Below, in pieces: positions 28,258-39,438 of a DNA stretch of 64,000 nt. The position numbers and the translations under genes were made by a program. The stretch comes from Amoebophrya sp. A120 (taxonomy: Eukaryota > Protista > Dinoflagellata), in NCBI GenBank assembly GCA_905178155.1, contig CAJINV010000005.1:3713253-3777252 (forward strand), written 5' to 3'. Position 1 is the first letter of the stretch. Every line of letters begins with the position of its first letter. Below the pieces are notes generated by a model, which had not been told where the DNA came from, did not search any database, and was given only the letters and a program-made list of their open reading frames with translations.

Positions 28258-30888
28258 TCAAAGCTGCCTCCATTCCCGCACCACCTGTTGCGCGCGCAAC
28301 ACAAACACCTGCCAAAACGGGCTGGGTTTCCACGGCCGCCCCTCGGGAAAGGGCAGCCAGACCCTATCAAATGTAAAAATGTCTGGGTCTGGAAGATTGG
28401 AACTTGTCATGCTAAATCTGAATCAGGCAAAAAACTGTGTTGCATGAGTGGCAAAAGTTGTGCACTTTTGACCTAATCGCATCGTATCGTTTTGACATTT
28501 GACTCCTGTCAGGGTGGCGTTAGAACAGATTTAGCCTAATCGAGAGACAGTTTCTCATGCAGGATAGGCATGATAGAGCGCTCACAGAATCTGTCATGCG
28601 ATGTCCTACATGCCAGACCTCATGAGTCCTGGAAAACCTGCATGACACGTTTGGCATTCTTCCAGACCCAGACATTTTTACATTTGATAGACTCCGAGCG
28701 CGTGCAAAACCCCGAAAAAGCCGCCGAGCCCGTTGCAGTTGCCGTCTGTGCGGTCGGCCACGTAGCCGCCCGTGAATTTGTAGCATTTGCCGCGCCGTGC
28801 ATGGAAAAAGTGTCGCACTGGTAGACGTAGACGCTGCATTGCAAATTTTTGTAGAGGAGCGATGGAATTTGCATAGTGATATATGCTAAATCAGGACGAA
28901 AGCCAGATCTGTCATGCTGTCCCGCAATTCATTTCAGTGCGTTGAGCACGATACTTTTCCAGTGGATACGTCCGCGTGGAAGCTCATGCTGAGGACTTGG
29001 ACCGGCGTGAGCACGCGTTTGTGCGGGTTTGGCTTTAGCAATGTGTAAGAACTTCTGCGGCTGGAGATCGAGACAAGAGACGCGGCAGTACCAGTACCAG
29101 CATCAGTGTGGCTAAAAAGGCGGTCGTTTGTGACGGATACTGCCGGCGCCAGTGGCACGGAATCTTCCTGTTGTCCAGTGTTTGGTACTCCGCTTGCTCT
29201 GCCTGGTAACTCTAGCGGCCCTGCTTGGTACATATCTCCGCGAGAGAAAAACCACACGCGGTCCGGCTGAATATGAGAGCGCACAACTACTTTGCCCTGT
29301 AATTTATAAAATGAACAGCAATGCTGGACATCTCGGTAAGTCAAGAGTGGAAGTGGAAGTGGTACTGCTTTTGCATGACAAACCCACACAGAATCGCCGT
29401 GCTGCATCGGCTGCCGGACGAAGATGAACAATCTGTCATGCATACCCATACTTAGTACTGAGAAATCGGAAACAACAGAGTCCTTTTTTTTTTGGGCAAG
29501 ATGAGATGAGCCAGGGCAAGTTCTCGTGCACTCTCATACTCCAGAGGGTCTATTTGGAACCCGAAAAAATTCCCCCGCAGGTACGGAAACGTTTTCCGCA
29601 CTTGGAAACTGGAAAACGCGTCGACAAACTCCTTCTTGCTGAGCGGCCCCACCACGGGAAAAACGAAGCGAAAGTCCTCTGCGAGCAGACTCGGCTCCAG
29701 TGTGCCGAACTCCGCACGCAGAATGGCCTGCGTCAACGCGATCAGTTTCTCTCCGTTGTTCCGCACGTCTACTACTTCAGGCGGGTTGAAGTTTAGCGGG
29801 ATACTTGTAGTGGTTGCTGGTAAAACATCAGCAGGGGACGACGAGTTTGTCGTCGTGAAAGCCGCTGATCTAGTGTGTACGAGAGTTTCCGCCTCGTCCA
29901 GTACCTGGGGCAGGCCGTTTCCGAGCGCACCCTCGGAATTCTGGCGGTATTTCAGCAGCCCCGCATGGACTCCTTCCAGGTGCGGCAGGATGGCGCAGGG
30001 AAAGTTATGGGTGTGGAATCTTGAGAAGGCACAAACCGACGCAAAAGTCACGGTACTCGTGCTGGAAGATTGTATTGGTCGTATGGAGGACAACAGTCAG
30101 TGCGCAGGAGCATGTTGCGGACTATCTACAGATACAGACTTCACGAAGGTAACATCGAGAGAATGTCGTACTAACTTCTTCTACTGTAACCTCGCCCCAG
30201 TGCTTGGACGCTAAAATTTTGTCCTGTAGTTGAATAACAAGACAGCGCTTCGCATCGACATCGACAATTGCAACATACAACAACTTCACACTCCTGTGTT
30301 TGTACAGCTCAAGATCCCCTTCCGATAAGCCTGCGTCGCCAGGTCCTCGACTTTCGCCCCAAAAACGAAGGAGATGAACCGGGAAAGGAAATCCGTTGCG
30401 AGCAGCACTATCACAGGAAAAAAGTGTTACAGTTACACATTTGTTGGAGTTTCTGCATCACAAACCTGCTCGACATGGCAAACAAAACCTGTGCTGCGCA
30501 AACTATATTAAGGGAAAACACGAATGAAATGAGGTTGGCAAGCATTTCCTGCATGACAGAGCTTGTCTGTCTTGCTTGTCTCCCATCAGAGTGTGTAACT
30601 GTAACACTTTTTTCTCACGATAAGCACGCAGTCCGACGTAATGCCCCCGGTCAGAAGGACGCAGCTTGCCAATGCGTGACCCGTGCAACGACGGGAGAAG
30701 GAGAGGGCTTTCCTGATGTATGTGGTATGATATTTGTTTTATGAACGTCGTGAATTCGTCACAATCAAGCACAAGCTTACAACGTGCTAATATGACATCG
30801 AGTCCGAAATCCTAATCCTGCCGCGGGGTGGAAAAAATAAAAAAAAGAGTCATGATGCAGGAAAAAGTCACCTACCAGACCTCCGTCA
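28258..30888 (-). CDS. Conserved algal-type hypothetical protein, possibly NTF2/SnoaL-like fold; 7 predicted exons
   Basis: Reconstructed: MTEVWKALSF..; LLAEDFRFVFPVVGPLSKKEF..FQIDPLE|PDRVWFFSRG..QVLSMSFHAD|GKCYKFTGGYVADRTDGNCNGLGGFFGVLHALGV|WLPFPEGRPWKPS. All junctions keep the frame. Confidence 0.75.
28365..28689. mobile_element. TIR introner, family A ends with a different interior; direct repeat GACCC/GACTC
   Basis: Perfect ~31-bp TIRs TATCAAATGTAAAAATGTCTGGGTCTGGAAG; removing 330 nt gives ALGV|WLPFPE. Confidence 0.92.
28796..28968. mobile_element. Degenerate TIR introner
   Basis: IR TGGAAAAAGTGTCG / CGATACTTTTCCA; internal CTGTCATGC; removing 178 nt gives SFHAD|GKCYKF. Confidence 0.6.
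29272..29538. mobile_element. TIR introner, family B (TATGAGAGYGCAC); direct repeat CTGAA/CTCCA
   Basis: TIR tatgagagcgcac / gtgcactctcata; removing 272 nt gives DPLE|PDRVWFF. Confidence 0.85.
30017..30316. mobile_element. IR-bounded intron (old introner?), possible GA-AG splice at 30020-30316
   Basis: IR ATCTTGAGAAGGCACAAAC / GTTTGTACAGCTCAAGAT; removing 297 nt keeps the frame (YRKG|FHTHNF); no direct repeat left. Confidence 0.5.
30409..30622. mobile_element. TIR introner, family C (TATC....GAAAAAAGTGTTACAGTTACACA); direct repeat AGCAC
   Basis: ~35-bp TIRs; perfect AGCAC at 30404-30408 and 30623-30627; removing 219 nt keeps the frame (DCVL|LATDF). Confidence 0.9.
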
Positions 30889-31557
30889 TGGTACAGCGGA
30901 CCGCACCTCCAGCTGCCACGCAAGAGCGATACTCCCACTCCTTGACTGAATAACCTCCTTTCTGTTCACGTCAATCCCGCACCAAGCACGTCGGAGGCGA
31001 ACACGGAGTGGAAGTGCTGCTCATCTTCATCTTCTTGAAATCGAATTTACGAGAGTTCCAGAGCATACGGGATCTCATGATACTCAACATGTTGACTCAT
31101 GTGCCTACAAAAGGGCAGCTCCGCTCACACCCATCCAGTAAGTAGTTGTTCGGCGTCTCATCAATCGCTCAAATTCGCTTGTGCAGCTCTTTCGTAAATA
31201 TGGATCGTCCGGTTCAGATCGTCCTCTACAACAGAGCTGAAGCTGGCAGCTGTTCCGGCCCCCCGTGGCCGTGAAACACAATTTGGAAGTTCGACTCGTC
31301 GCGTAATCGTTCCAACTTACTCTTTTTGGTGGGGTGTCAAATCGACGGAGAACAACAAGAGCAACAGATTTGTAATTCGCTTTTCTTTTAAGTACTCGAA
31401 GTCGAACTACAAAATTTGAATTGAGAAGCAGTGCCATTCCATTGCAAAGCATGGCACTACGACACGATATTTATTCGGCATTTTTCGATGGAAAAGAACG
31501 GAATCCGAGGCCATCTTCGCTATCAATCTGGAAACATAGAATAACAAGAAACCAACG

Positions 31558-32297
31558 TACCAAATATAGCCGCCGCGGCGGAGGTAGTGAGGTCGGTGGC
31601 GCTTTCTTGCCTCCACCCTGGCCGCGGACCGGCAGGGGGTCTGCTTTTTGTGGGCTCTCCATGCCGCCGTGGGTAAGGTTATGCCGCACGGCATGGCGGC
31701 CGGTTGAAAAACATGACGCACTTTTGGCAAATTTCCGAAATTCCTTACCGAAAGCCAGCCCCGACGCTATGGGCCCGATCCGGGCGCCACGGGGGGCGCC
31801 CAAAAACCAAAGAAAAATCGGGCCCATAAGATGCAGACTGGCTTCGCGCGTCCGGCGCGCTTTGTCTTTTTTGCGTGTTTATTTTTCGCGCCGGCGCTTT
31901 TTGCAAAGCTTGTCCCGATTAGAAAACGCCGAAAAGGCGGCCGCTTTCGCGGCCGCCCAAAATGCTCCCAAATCGAGGCCGCGCCATGCGGTTTCGCTGT
32001 TCTGGCTTTGGGCGCGTTTTTTCTGGGCGCCCTTTTGGGCGCCCCAAATCGACAGAATCTCACGCGGCTGGCGCCTCAGAAGGGTGCCCCTTTTGCCGGC
32101 TCCCCTGCGTCGTTTTATCAATCGGCGACCGATAGAATCCGCAGGCGATTCGTTGAAGACAAAGCCAAACAGGCTGGCACGCTTTGACTTTTTTCATGCG
32201 GAAAAACGCAGAACAGCATTACAGACTGCCGGTCGTTTTTGCCGGGACATGTCAAGAAAACTGCCAGGTTGGAGCCGTTCGGTGACCTCACTACATA
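31558..32297 (-). mobile_element. Non-autonomous Helitron2/Helentron-like repeat, copy 2 (intergenic)
   Basis: Collinear with 15463-16194; IR at 31584-31594 / 32284-32294; hairpin CCGCC-GC-GGCGG at 31570-31581; T-rich 5' flank on the minus strand. Confidence 0.7.
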
Positions 32298-32482
32298 AAA
32301 TCATGATCATCCGCTGCCTTATTCATCATATCCCCGGGTATTTGCATTAGCATTTGGGACGGGCTAGTTGTCGTTTCCCTCGCCGTTTCCTTGTCGTCTC
32401 CCTTGCCGCCTTGTTGTCGGTTCTGGGTAGCGCCACCCTTGTCTTTCCCAGAGTTTTGTAACAATTAAACCACCTAGCTAGG

Positions 32483-32660
32483 GTATCCGAGTTAGTTGTC
32501 CGTTCGGACGACTAACTCGGAATTTGCCGCGGGCGGCCTTTTCCCTCGGGCATCGCGGAGGTCCAAACATGCCAACAGCCCACAAGGCAAAGGCTTCCCG
32601 CGTGGTCAAATTCCGAGTTAGTCGCCCGCCCGCACGGGCAGGCAATTTCATCGGATATAC
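32483..32660. repeat. Foldback mini-element with three copies of CCGAGTTAGT(C/T)G
   Basis: Hairpin 32487-32520 (15/16-bp stem); 32505-32526 is also a 21/22 inverted match to 32607-32628. Confidence 0.75.
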
Positions 32661-32663
32661 TGG

Positions 32664-34352
32664 TTAGTAGTTGGTCCAATTGTTACTCTCTTCTCGTTCT
32701 GCACGTGTTAGCGGACGCGGCGTTCTCCACCAAACCACCTGGTGCCCAGCGACGACATTCGGATTCGATGGGCTCCCGCTTGTGGGCACCCGCGCAGCGC
32801 TTTCATCTGATCCCACGACATTGACACGATCGTCATCGAAATCATGCTCGATGTCTTGGATCTGACTGTTTGGGTCCTCCGTCGCCTCGCCCTCCTCCTC
32901 GGGCCTCGGATTACGGCCACGACACAAACGGCTAAGCATTCCACGACCAGGAACATAGTCCCTCCATCCTCTAGCGGTCGTGAACGTAGTTTCTAGCATG
33001 CTTGCTGTGGTTGCACCGGCCAAACCGGCAGTGCCGTTGCTCGTGCCGCCATCGCGCTCTTCGAAGAGCTGCTTTTCGTGCTGCGGTCGGCCGTGGTGCC
33101 CCTCCTCCTGCGGGTCCTTGCGCGTACTGTTGTACACGTACACCACAACCTCGGCCGGGGTCAGTTTGGCATCCCCATTCGCATCCACCCCGCGCGGCGG
33201 GGCCGGACACTCCGTTTTATCCAGCACATGGTTCTTGTCCGTGTCCAGCGCGCTGAACTCCGCGATTATCTCGGCGACGATGGACTCCAGCTCCGCGAAC
33301 ATCCCGGAAGTGCTACTTTCCGCCGCAGCCACTGATCCGGCAGGAAGACCAAACAACGGGATCGAGTCAACCAGCTGCCGCATCATCAGGCGAGTCAAGT
33401 CTTTGGACACCTGATACGAATGGTTTTTAATTTGGATTTTTCAATGTGAAGTTTCACGTTACAAACACAAACAGGCTTAATAGATCAGGCTTGAATTTAC
33501 AGTTAGTTTATTGCTGCTGTCACTTGACCACCCCAACTGCAGTTCCTCCTCCTACAACGAACGCAAGAACATCTTTTTATTTATTTAGGTTCTTACAACT
33601 TCTAAGAGTAGAACTCGTCGCCTATTATACCCGATCAATGTTGTCCATTTCCAATTTCGCGTTCAGTTCGAAAAATTCCGCGCGGACGCGTTGGCGGACC
33701 GCGTCGTCCAGTCGGTCCTGCGCCTTCAAGCGGGTACCCTTATCAAATGCAAAAGTGTCTGGGTCTGGAAACTTGTGATGCTGGGGGGCGTCTCATAATG
33801 AGGCCACAAGTGCTGGCTCAGCATGACAAGTTTCTGAGCTTCTAGGTGTTGCCTATTCTGCATGACAAAGACAAACTGCGTTTCTGCATCACAGAAAAAT
33901 GGAGCTCTTGGGTAACGTGCATGACAGATTTAAGAGTCATGCCAGAGAAGCATGACAAACATGCATTCTTCCAGACCCAGACATTTTTACATTTGATAAC
34001 CCTCGTTGAGGAGCAACATGTTCGTCAACGTCGCCAGCTCGGTGTCTTCCTCCTTCGCAACCCCAACCGTCGTTGTCTCCTCCAAAAAAGACGTGCTTGA
34101 GAAGGGGTTCGTGTCAGTGGAAGGCACGGGAGAAAAGGAAGCGGTAGTGGAGGTTGCGGTTGGGTCGTTTTGGTCTTCGAGTTCGTACGTTTGCTTCAGC
34201 TGCGCTATGGAATGGAAAGCTGTTGCTGCACGACCTTTCGTGCCATACCCATATGCGGGAAAAAAAAAGCTTCGTGGTTGTGGAGATGCCGTTACCTTGT
34301 TCCGCGACAAAGAGGCAAGGAGAAGGTAGAGAAAAAGAGCAGTTGAGAGCAT
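32664..34352 (-). CDS. EF-hand-containing hypothetical protein, possibly secreted; start uncertain
   Basis: EF-hand-like loops DTDKNHVLDKTE and DANGDAKLTPAE; exons joined across a family A element (LNEG|TRLKAQD) and a probable GT-AG intron (IDR|VSKDL); hydrophobic MLSTALFLYLLLA start. Confidence 0.6.
33741..33998. mobile_element. TIR introner, family A; direct repeat ACCCT
   Basis: 30-bp TIRs; ACCCT at 33736-33740 and 33999-34003; interior alignable to 6368-6620; removing 263 nt gives an open frame. Confidence 0.93.
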
Positions 34353-34839
34353 GATGTACTCAGTACTGCTTGCATAATGTCCGACATGGGCATGGCAAGT
34401 TACGCTTGCAAGACGATATGGGCATGGCATAGTTACTGCAATCATCTTTCCGCATGATATGCGCCATCAGTGCTGCTTTGTCCTGCGAAAGGGCCTTTAC
34501 CTGTTATGTCATCGAAGAAAAAAGTGTTTTTCAAAAATGTAGTTGCATCCGAGTTTTGTTTGTGATGCACGATCGAGAGGCAGCACGAGGACGACGTACT
34601 AGAGTTTTGGCTTTTATTTGGCACGAAAATCATTTACCGACGCCCTCCTGTAACACTACATCACGAGTCCAGTTCGTCGTATCATACCTGCTCCTGTAGG
34701 CTCAAAATCATCGCGTCGGAGTGCTTCGTGTCAAGACTTGCGCTACTGGCTGCTCCGGTATGGAAAAGCCAAAGAAACTGTCCTCAGAGGCACAAACTAC
34801 GGACTGCAGGCATAATTTTCCGTATAGAGTACGTGAAGT

Positions 34840-35488
34840 CTATGAAAAGGTAGGTACAACACTCGTGGTCGAAGACAAACGTCCAATCCCAGCGTTTGCG
34901 AACGCGCGGAGTGTCACTAGAAGATCACTCCACGATCTGTAACACGACCAGGAAGATGGCTTTGGTCGTTTCTTTCGCTTTCCATACGTCTTAACTTTCG
35001 ATGGATTCTGCATAGCCGCAGAGGAGTCGATCGTCACCATCTCGTCCGGCGACTATCCTATGTCAAATCTTCACCCTCGAGGATCATCAAGTTGCGATAA
35101 AAAACGCATTAAGTAACTATTTTATGCAGAAAGCTGGTTCTTGCTGCCAATTACAGATCTACGCATAAAATTGTAATTGAATGCGAGCAGGAAGGTCTAT
35201 ACAAAAAAAAAATTGCACATAGGATAGCTCATCGGAAAACTGGTCGATGGCGGTGGCGACCCCGAATGCCCCCAGAACCAAGGTAAGACAGGTCATTACG
35301 TACGCGGAAAGGATGCACGTATGGAGCCAAAAATCAAAGGGACTTGACAGACCCGCTTTCGTTTTCAGTGTTCTTGTCGGACCACTTTTCAACAACATTG
35401 CGGCACTTGTGCAAGGACTCTGTCCCAGCGCCGTCCCCGTGGTCCTCCCGCGGTCGATTTTGCTGCGCCGCGTGCGGAGCAGCGACAT
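34840..35488 (-). CDS. Small hypothetical membrane protein, 2 predicted exons
   Basis: Hydrophobic stretch FWLHTCILSAYVMTCLTLVLGAFGVA; ORFs 35159-35521 and 34840-35040 join in frame across an IR element. Confidence 0.4.
35054..35226. mobile_element. Degenerate introner, family D ends (TATCCTATGT)
   Basis: IR tatcctatgtcaaat / attgcacataggata; removing 178 nt keeps the frame (GA-AG possible); same terminus as the element at 41807. Confidence 0.65.
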
Positions 35489-36481
35489 CTTGATACAACT
35501 AGATGTTGACCAGGAGATCACAGTAACATCTGAAGCGCGGAAGCAAGAGAAGTTTACTCCTTTTTCCCGGCTATGTCATGTCCATGCGTCATGTGCGAAT
35601 CGCAGTATAGGACTTGACCATCTTTGTTATGAAGCAGCGCGGAAGGAAGAGCGCTCTCGCTCCACTCAGGCACGCATTCTGAAATCCATGTAGTTTATGG
35701 CTTCTCTCTGAACTAGAGTTCAATGGTGCCCCACGGCACAGGGTCTAAACTCAAAAAAAATAGAGAAGTCTTGCTTAAATATCAGTCTACTACGCGGAAA
35801 CAAGGAACCGAACCGTGAACCTTATTTGGAAGATCTTGCTGCTTTGCAACACATAGTCACACCGTTCTTAACCGCTGACGAAGGTATATTAAATGGGACG
35901 CAGGGCGGATGTCGTGGTGCCGATAAACCATGTACGGTCTGCTCTTCTTTCTAACTATCGCACCAATCTCCAGCGCAAATTTCACATGTGGATAAAACAG
36001 CTAAGAGACGACATCGTTCGAGAACAGCAGCAAACACCCAAGCTGAGGCGGTCCTCTTGAGCGGTAGTCTGAGCAGCAGCTGTGCCACTGTAGCTTCATA
36101 AGTTGACGTAACTTGTTTGTTAGGCTCTTTAGCAGGGGAGCTTGTATTCGTTGCTGAATCACTCTCGATGTAGCTCTTTATTCGGGTAAAAACTTTATCG
36201 CGCTCCATGAGAAAATGCACCCACTGAAGCTGAACCGCAGGGGGTCCCTAAAGGTCACACAGCACGTTGACTTTTTTTGATGTTGCAAATAGCAATACTG
36301 GTGGGCAGGTAGAGCTGACAGGCGTCGCGGTGTTGAAAAAAATCTACTTGGTACAAAATTCCCAGTTGCAAAGAAGCCTGTTGAGAGGGCTTCTTCCTCG
36401 AGAATTTTAGAAGCTCGAATCGCCGACTACTACTTGTACAACTTGCCATGCTCTTCAAACCACCGCAAGGTCACAAACAAC

Positions 36482-37892
36482 TCAGTCTTCCTTTACTTCC
36501 CCGATAGGCAGGTGGCCACAGTGATTCTCGATGGCCATACACACATCGTTAAACAGGTGCTCCACAACTAGATAGCCTTCCACGTCGAAGTAGCGGCTGA
36601 CGCACTCGGCGTTGACGGTGGGCTCCGTGTTCCGGGAACCCCGCACGTCGATGATCAGTTCCGAGGTGTTTTCTTCCATTCCGATCGAACCAGTATGCCA
36701 AGAAAGGTGCTGGTTGCGGGGGTTGTTTGAATCAAGTCGAAAAGTTCGTCTTTTTTGCAGAACAAGTACTAGTACACGTAAGCGGCCTCCTTATTTTCGT
36801 GCTGAACAACATGACCGACATCAAACAAAGCATCTCGCACAGACCAGAACAAGACCATGCGATCGCCTCGTGGGCCCTTGATGCATTCAAGATTTTTGTT
36901 AAAAACATGTACTTGCAGCACAAATAGGAGCTTCTTGTACTTGATGATCCTTATCCTTTGGATTTCTTGCAGCGACGTAGATCTAGATGTATAGACACAT
37001 TCTTTCATGTTGAGCATGACATCAACATGTTATGAGCTTGCCGCCGATGAGCTTCATCACATGTCGAAACCTTAAGTTTCGTTCTGAATTAGACTTGATG
37101 CAAAAGAACTCCCTCACGCCCACCATTGTTGCCGGGATCATAAACGTGCACCGAGTGGTTGTCAAAGTCCCGCAAGGAGTAGACGTTTGCCGGCCCGAGC
37201 GCCCACATGTCGATGTAAGTGACAATCGCTGCGATGAGGGTATACAACAGTACGAACGGCAGCAACGTGTCTTTGTCCTGCGGGAATTTCAGCCGCACCA
37301 CGGTATAGGTGCCCAGGGCGCAGGCCAGGACGGAGCAGAACAGACGGATGTCCAGCCAGTAGGTGCACTCCTCAAAACCGGCATCCTGCATGATATCCTG
37401 CAGCATATCGCAGACGCACTTGTGGTGGTTATGCAATGCAAATTTTGCACCGCTGCACACTCGTACAAGAAAACGCATAGACAAAATCAAAAAAGGCACA
37501 GCACATTCCTTGCCATACTCAAACAATAGGTTGCATCAAAAAGACTTTCGTCATGCTGAAACAGCAACATCTGTACGTTGCGTGCGGCGAGAGCACTACA
37601 TTCATTGTGGATAGCAGTCGGGTTTGGAGTAGAGCGCCGCGGTTCGGTTGATATCCGGACTGTCCGCGACGATGTCGCGCACCATGTCATCGGAAAAGTA
37701 CTGCGAATAGTAGTCCACAGAAGCACCTCCCTTGGTCCCGCTCGACTGTTTGTGGGTTTTCTGGTCATGCTGCTTGTTTTTCTTGTTTTTCCCCTTGTTC
37801 ACCTGTTGCAGCTCGATCTCGCCGCCGTGGTGGTCCCCATTGTTGGAGGTGGAACCCCCCTTGTTCTTGTTGCCATTGTTCTTCTTTCCCAT
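36482..37892 (-). CDS. SPCS2: Signal peptidase complex subunit 2 (SPC25/SPCS2)-like
   Basis: GFEE..WLDIRL..LAC, KFP..LLPFVLLY two-TM pattern and C-terminal VSRYFDVEGYL; three predicted exons, second junction uncertain. Confidence 0.7.
37430..37613. mobile_element. Degenerate introner in the SPCS2-like gene; direct repeat GTGGT/GCAGT
   Basis: Ends TATGCAATG / CATTGTGGATA; internal TTTCGTCATGC; removing 189 nt gives KPDC|HKCVCD in frame. Confidence 0.65.
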
Positions 37893-39438
37893 TTTTGATG
37901 CGTGCGAGACGTTGACGTCGAGCAGCTTCGCACCTCGACTGCTCGAGATGAGATATTTTTGGCAACCTATTTACCAAAAGAAGAACAACGCTATGTATCT
38001 CTACTGGGGTTATTGGATTTTTCAACTGTTTTTAGCGAAGTTACTTGTTGCGTGTGACTCTGTCTCTGAGTCTGAGTCTGACTATAAATCGCTATACATA
38101 AAAATACTGGTCAACAAACTTTTCGTGTTTTTTCAAGTTGATTGTACTTAGTAAAAATCGCAGTACAGAGGACTCATATGACGGGTCGTGCATTACCGGT
38201 TTTTATCGCCCCTTTTTACGTCTGTCGCCATTGTCAAAAGAACTCACTATGGAAACATGTCGCTTGTGGAAAAATTGAAAGGCCCGAAGATTTGAAGTCG
38301 TGTTCTGTTGTAGCTATTGATGTAATATACAATGTATTCATGGACTTTGTCTCTATCTTCATCGTCTTGGTTATGTAAGTTTATTGTGATGTCGCTGAAT
38401 AATTCAATTCTGATTTACATTGTGAAATTATGGTACTAGTATGTGAATATTTCAAGGAGGCATAAAGGCGGGTCTGCAGCACTTCAACTTGCAGTTCTAG
38501 AACTTCTACCTTAATAGGCAATGCATAGCTCTGGCGCTCCTTCGGGAGCAAATGGAATAAAATCCGATGGTACAGTATCAAAAATCTTGGAGTTGTGAGA
38601 TCCTTCGGACATCTTCTATCAGACGTGGCATTGCGCTTGCGCTTGAGCCAAAGAGGATCTTTCACTTTTGAAATTGAAGGAGCGAGATCATGTTGCTCTT
38701 TGACATCGATCTCTACTCGTCCACTTCCTCTTGTGCAAAAATACTGTTATTGCCGTGAAAACAAAGGTTCAGTCGCACAGCCTGAATTACAGCGGGAACA
38801 CATTCATCATCAAATTCGAAAAGAATCTATCATGATTTCACACGACAAAAGCGCTCGAGTTATCGCACCTCCTTCTGTGCTGACTTCTGAGCTGCTTTGA
38901 TGTCTTCTTCCGCATAGTTTCTCATCTTCGCTTTGTTGAATTGGGCAAAATCGTAGTTGCGATCTGTCAGTCTGTAGTTTCTTCGAATACCAGAACGGTT
39001 TCAGTTCTCCAGCTTTTTGTTCCATTTCTCTTCTTCGGCCGCAGCTACTCGTCCCCACGACCGCATCACGGATCCGCCGCCACGAATTCGAGGCCCAATT
39101 CCTCCGCTTCTCCCACGGAGGATAGCAGCCGCGACATACTCTCCGGTTTCGACGCCCATTCTATGCTTGGGTAACGAAATCCTGAGTCAAGACAATGTAG
39201 TACGTTTCGACTTTCTTGTTTGAAGATGCAGATGCGATGATCCTTCCTTCACCTAAATCTCAGTCACGAACTACCCAGATTGATTGAGGTAGAGATCCCC
39301 AGATCATGCACAAAAAACCTCTTGCTTTTCCTTTTCCTGCTCATATGAGGAACTCATGACGCGGCTTGCCCACGGTGATGAAAAACCTCCTTGCTGTAGG
39401 CCGTGATGTCGCGGAGACTTCAACACCATCACCTTATT

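Noticed and set aside
34250-34500. Possible introner near the start of the EF-hand gene (GCATGGCA variants)
   Set aside because: No convincing TIR, direct repeat or in-frame junction.
36690-37142. Second SPCS2-like intron as a TIR element (TATG...CATA ends)
   Set aside because: The IR is only 4 bp and the direct repeat is poor. The junction is plausible but unsupported.
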